NCBI GenBank assembly: GCA_036785375.1
Contig: JAWMAR010000430.1
Location: 1 to 64,000 of the forward strand
Reading direction: 5' to 3'
Source: Leucoraja ocellata
Lineage: Eukaryota
Length of the DNA stretch: 64,000 nt
The notes beneath the pieces are model-generated. The model searched no databases. It worked only from the letters and a program-made list of their open reading frames with translations, and was not told the origin of the DNA. Below are positions 61,701 to 64,000 of this stretch, one piece after another. Both the position numbers and the translations under genes were made by a program. The first letter of the stretch is position 1. Each line of letters opens with the position of its first letter.

Positions 61701-64000
61701 TCAAAGGCCTGGCTAGAATGGATATGGAGAGGATGTTTCCACTAGTGGGAGAGTCTAGGACCAGAGGCCATAGCCTCAGAATAAAAGAACGCACCTTTAG
61801 AAAGGAGATGAGGAGGAATTTCTTCAGTCAGGGGATGGTGAATCTGTGGAATTCATTGCCACAGAAGGCTGTGGAGGCCAAGTCAATGGATATTTTTAAG
61901 GCAGAGATAAATAGATTCTTGATTAGTACGGGTGTCAGGGGTTATGGAGAAAATACAGGAGAAATGGGGTTGAGAGGGAAAGTTAGATCAGCCATGTTTG
62001 AATGGGAGAGTAGACTTGATGGGTCGAATGGCCAAATTCTACTCTGACAACTTATGAACTTCCAGAGTCTTTCATTTGAACCAAGATCAGGGATTTCGCA
62101 GTGGTAGAGTTGTTGCCTTACAATGCCAGAGACCTGGATTTGATTCTGACTATGGGTGCTCTCTGTAAGGAGTTTGCACCGGGTGGATTTTCTCCGGGTA
62201 TTCTCGTTTCCTCCCACATTGCAAAGTCATGCAGGTTTGTAGGTCAATGGCTTCTGTAAATTGTTCCTAGTGTGTGGGGTGGAATTAGTGTATGTGTGAA
62301 CATTGGTCGTCCAGAGCTCGGTGAAGGGCCTGTTTCCATGCTGTATCCTTAAACTATACTAAACTAAACAGAAGAACAAGGGGAAAAGTTTATGAAGTAC
62401 AGTCGCCACAGCAACTAGGCTGGGGATAGGGATTTCTATTCTGTTAGTGAAACAACATAAATGCAATACAAATGAGAGGATGGAGTATTAAATCCAAGCC
62501 ACTGAAGCCTCTCTCGTGAAGAGACCATCATCTATTTTCAAAGTGTCTTTAACCTCTGCTACAGTCTCTGAGCAACTGTTGTATGGAAATGTTCATACAC
62601 TGGTTTTATACACGGGAGAGACATTGGGAATTCTGGCAGGGTCAGCATCGGGAGCAAACTTTAATAGCTCTAACCTGATTTAATCCCGATGCATCCATCT
62701 GCCTATAGAGACAGAGAGGGGTTTTTTACCTGTTCTGCATGCCATTGGTTTTCCAGCTCTTTGCCAACTCCAGGATCGTTTCCGTGGGTTTCCCTCGTGA
62801 ACTTAAGTCGTCGTCATTGGGATTGCCATTGAAGTTTCCACACAGACCGCACACCTTGTTCTGCAGCCGTTCACCCATCCTGATAGACAGCAAATTGAAC
62901 CAGTTGTACTGGATCTGAATGCCTTGAATGGTATCAATGATCAGGAATCCCTCAGCTGTTGAGATCTTTGTTAGCGCCGTGACAACAGGAATCGTGACTG
63001 GGGTTCCATTCACCTGATGAATAGGATAGTGTTAGCCACTGTTATAGGCACACACTCCACTTGCTGTTTTCATTAAAACGCACTGCAATTACGTGACCAT
63101 TCTACTCAATGGCGCCAACTCACATGATACTTGTTTGAGAGCGAGTTCCACGATTTGGACAACGGCGAGAGATACACTGGGACATCACGATTATAGCATT
63201 CATTCCAATCACACCTCTTTCTGCTTGGATATATCACAGCTATTTCTAGATGGCTGGATCCAAATCCTGGAACTACCTCTTAAACAAGCATCATGCGAGT
63301 ACTTGAATGTAAAAGAATAAAGGGTGATTGTGTGAGGATTAATGTGAGTGAGACCGAAAAAGTGAGAAGCTGAAGAGAGTAATAAAAGAAATAACATAGC
63401 GAGAGAAACCAAAGTGAGGAATTGTGTTAGATATGCACCGTGTCAGAGATTGGGACCATGAAAGCATAATATTGGATGGGAATGTGTGAGGGATGGCAAA
63501 TATCTGAGAGAATGGATGTACGAGTGAATGAGAGTGTCTGGAAATGAATCCCAGTGCTTGAAAATCAAAAATAAGCAAATGCAAGAACCTGAAATAAATA
63601 TAAGACTGCAGGAACCATTCAACACGGCAGGCAGCATCTGTGGAAAAGAAACACAGTTGATGGTTTAGTTGAAGATCTTTCCGTGGTTTGAGACTTACCT
63701 GGACAACATTTCCTGAGATGAGGATCTGTTCCTCGTTGATGTAAAGGTAAACCGGGGAGATCAGCGTCATGTTCGGCATACTCCATTTGTCAAAAGTTTA
63801 TGATCAGTTGGAAAGAGATATCTGGAAGTTTGTGACAGATTGTGGAGAGGACAAATGAGCAGGCAGCAGGAAACCGTAGGAAAGCACCGTCAAAGGTCTG
63901 GAATATGCCCCCTCCGGCAGCGATGCAGTGGGAGCTCTTGCTGCTGTAACAGCCTCTGATGCCGTTGCGGAGCGAGCACAGTTCCTCGCTCTTGCACTGG
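49620..64000 (-). CDS. TECTA: Alpha-tectorin, 5'-partial, last 11 coding exons
   Basis: Spliced translation: ...[44 protein letters not shown]...[16 protein letters not shown] (VWD4); [16 protein letters not shown] (C8); ZP domain ([58 protein letters not shown]); [10 protein letters not shown]; EGF-like [10 protein letters not shown]; hydrophobic C-terminus. All introns are GT-AG and phase-compatible. Confidence 0.97.
50517..50636 (-). CDS. TECTA: TECTA exon, EGF-like (CAGCAG tandem acceptor, alternative start 50633)
   Basis: [40 protein letters not shown]; donor gtaagc. Confidence 0.93.
50735..51030 (+). mobile_element. CR1 3' fragment
   Basis: aggtttaaggtgaagggggaaagatttaataagaatctgaggggg...gctgaagagcctgtttccacgctgtacgactct. 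Confidence 0.85.
51433..51723 (+). mobile_element. V-SINE (HE1-like)
   Basis: ccagagacccgggttc head, V-domain, tail gctgtatctctaaac. Confidence 0.8.
52326..52931 (+). mobile_element. Young Rex1/Babar LINE 3' end nested in a CR1 fragment (52200-53040)
   Basis: Open frame [11 protein letters not shown]...[14 protein letters not shown]...[31 protein letters not shown]; aataaa plus (ttga)n tail; CR1 resumes at gatgcatggacaggataggtttagagg. Confidence 0.9.
53135..53222 (-). CDS. TECTA: TECTA exon, post-ZP hydrophobic patch and basic site
   Basis: [29 protein letters not shown]; gcag/gttagt; 88 bp. Confidence 0.94.
53790..53962. mobile_element. Penelope-derived inverted pLTR pair with decayed hammerhead core
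   Basis: ggaaggaactgcagatgctgg tail; ggagagaaggaatgggtgacgttt...cagtctgaagaagggtctcgaaccaaagcgttacccattccttctctcc. Confidence 0.78.
54030..54192 (-). CDS. TECTA: TECTA exon, ZP-C
   Basis: [46 protein letters not shown]...CRI; gcag/gtgagt. Confidence 0.96.
54822..55100 (-). mobile_element. CR1 3' fragment
   Basis: ggcccacaatgtttgtgccgagcatga...ctgtgcctatctaaaagcctcttaaac...cccaccactctgtgtaaaaaaa. Confidence 0.78.
55442..55690 (-). CDS. TECTA: TECTA exon, ZP-C
   Basis: [23 protein letters not shown]...[10 protein letters not shown]; ttag/gtgggt. Confidence 0.96.
56090..56682 (-). mobile_element. Internally deleted Penelope-like element with two direct pLTRs, each with a hammerhead-like core
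   Basis: Near-identical repeats of about 100 bp at 56090-56190 and 56569-56668; a putative ORF start (ATG 56498, [15 protein letters not shown]) is joined to the GIY-YIG C-terminus [20 protein letters not shown] (56358-56305). Confidence 0.85.
57108..57271 (-). CDS. TECTA: TECTA exon, ZP-N
   Basis: [54 protein letters not shown]; acag/gtaagc. Confidence 0.97.
57668..57915 (-). mobile_element. Penelope pLTR/3' UTR fragment
   Basis: aaggaactgcagatgctggttt...gctggagtgactcagcaagtcaggcagtatctccggagaaaaagg plus purine-rich UTR. Confidence 0.7.
58174..58370 (-). CDS. TECTA: TECTA exon, ZP-N
   Basis: [22 protein letters not shown]...NCGNIMK; gcag/gtgaat. Confidence 0.96.
58948..59132. mobile_element. 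Palindromic Penelope-derived mini-element with 16-bp TSD
   Basis: TSD taagaataattcaatg at 58932-58947 and 59133-59148; 75-bp arms 58982-59056 and 59058-59132 with a 1-nt spacer and 1 mismatch. Confidence 0.92.
59811..60117. mobile_element. Intact PIF/Harbinger-type MITE (307 bp)
   Basis: 46-bp TIRs agggcctgtcccactgtacaagctcattcaagagctctcccgagtt (3 mismatches to the right end); TTA on both sides (59808-59810, 60118-60120). Confidence 0.88.
60526..60636 (-). CDS. TECTA: TECTA exon, pre-ZP Cys-rich linker
   Basis: [37 protein letters not shown]; ttttag/gtaaat. Confidence 0.92.
60760..61230. repeat. Degenerate minisatellite-like array
   Basis: Recurrent gatcagt/gaag-ccctgaac-c...ccagggg units roughly every 40-60 bp. 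Confidence 0.5.
61254..61534 (-). CDS. TECTA: TECTA exon, C8 domain
   Basis: SCDEEQY...[25 protein letters not shown]; cag/gtaagg. Confidence 0.95.
61645..62057 (+). mobile_element. CR1 (HER1-like) 3' end, relatively young
   Basis: ORF 61718..62047 [65 protein letters not shown]. Confidence 0.92.
62095..62368 (+). mobile_element. V-SINE (HE1-like)
   Basis: cgcagtggtagagttgttgcc head; tail gggcctgtttccatgctgtatccttaaactatactaaactaaa. Confidence 0.8.
62730..63013 (-). CDS. TECTA: TECTA exon, VWD4 C-part
   Basis: VNGTPVTIP...[14 protein letters not shown]...[12 protein letters not shown]; cag/gtaaaa. Confidence 0.96.
63699..64000 (-). CDS. TECTA: TECTA exon, VWD4 N-part, truncated by window edge
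   Basis: [17 protein letters not shown]...[19 protein letters not shown]; donor gtaagt. Confidence 0.96.

Noticed and set aside
1-64000. Prokaryotic-type systems (CRISPR array, operons, defence islands) and the many 60-190 aa ORFs as standalone genes
   Set aside because: The DNA is spliced vertebrate sequence. There is no repeat-spacer array. The ORFs are exon read-throughs, TE remnants or chance frames.

Overview
Eukaryotic vertebrate genomic DNA. The repeat content (HE1/V-SINE-like tRNA SINEs, HER1/CR1 LINEs, Rex1/Babar LINEs, Penelope-like elements) points to a cartilaginous fish, probably a skate or ray; this is an inference. The window holds two convergent, tail-to-tail spliced genes, both missing their 5' ends. 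ARHGEF12 (LARG; PDZ-RH-DH-PH RhoGEF) is on + with 39 phase-compatible exons from 254 to a stop at 45751. TECTA (alpha-tectorin) is on - with its last 11 coding exons (VWD4-C8, ZP domain, EGF-like module, GPI signal) from beyond 64000 to a stop at 49620. Most ORFs in the supplied track are spurious, single-exon fragments or TE remnants. The most notable non-genic structures are Penelope-derived elements: an internally deleted copy with two tandem hammerhead-ribozyme-like cores in the sense strand of a TECTA intron, and about 200-bp hairpin insertions with 15-16 bp target-site duplications. Also present are intact hAT and Harbinger-type MITEs, an unclassified nested foldback element, a putative bidirectional poly(A) site between the two genes, and a gene order that differs from human. 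All comparisons with human proteins and gene order are from memory and need alignment. TE boundaries without a TIR or TSD are approximate.
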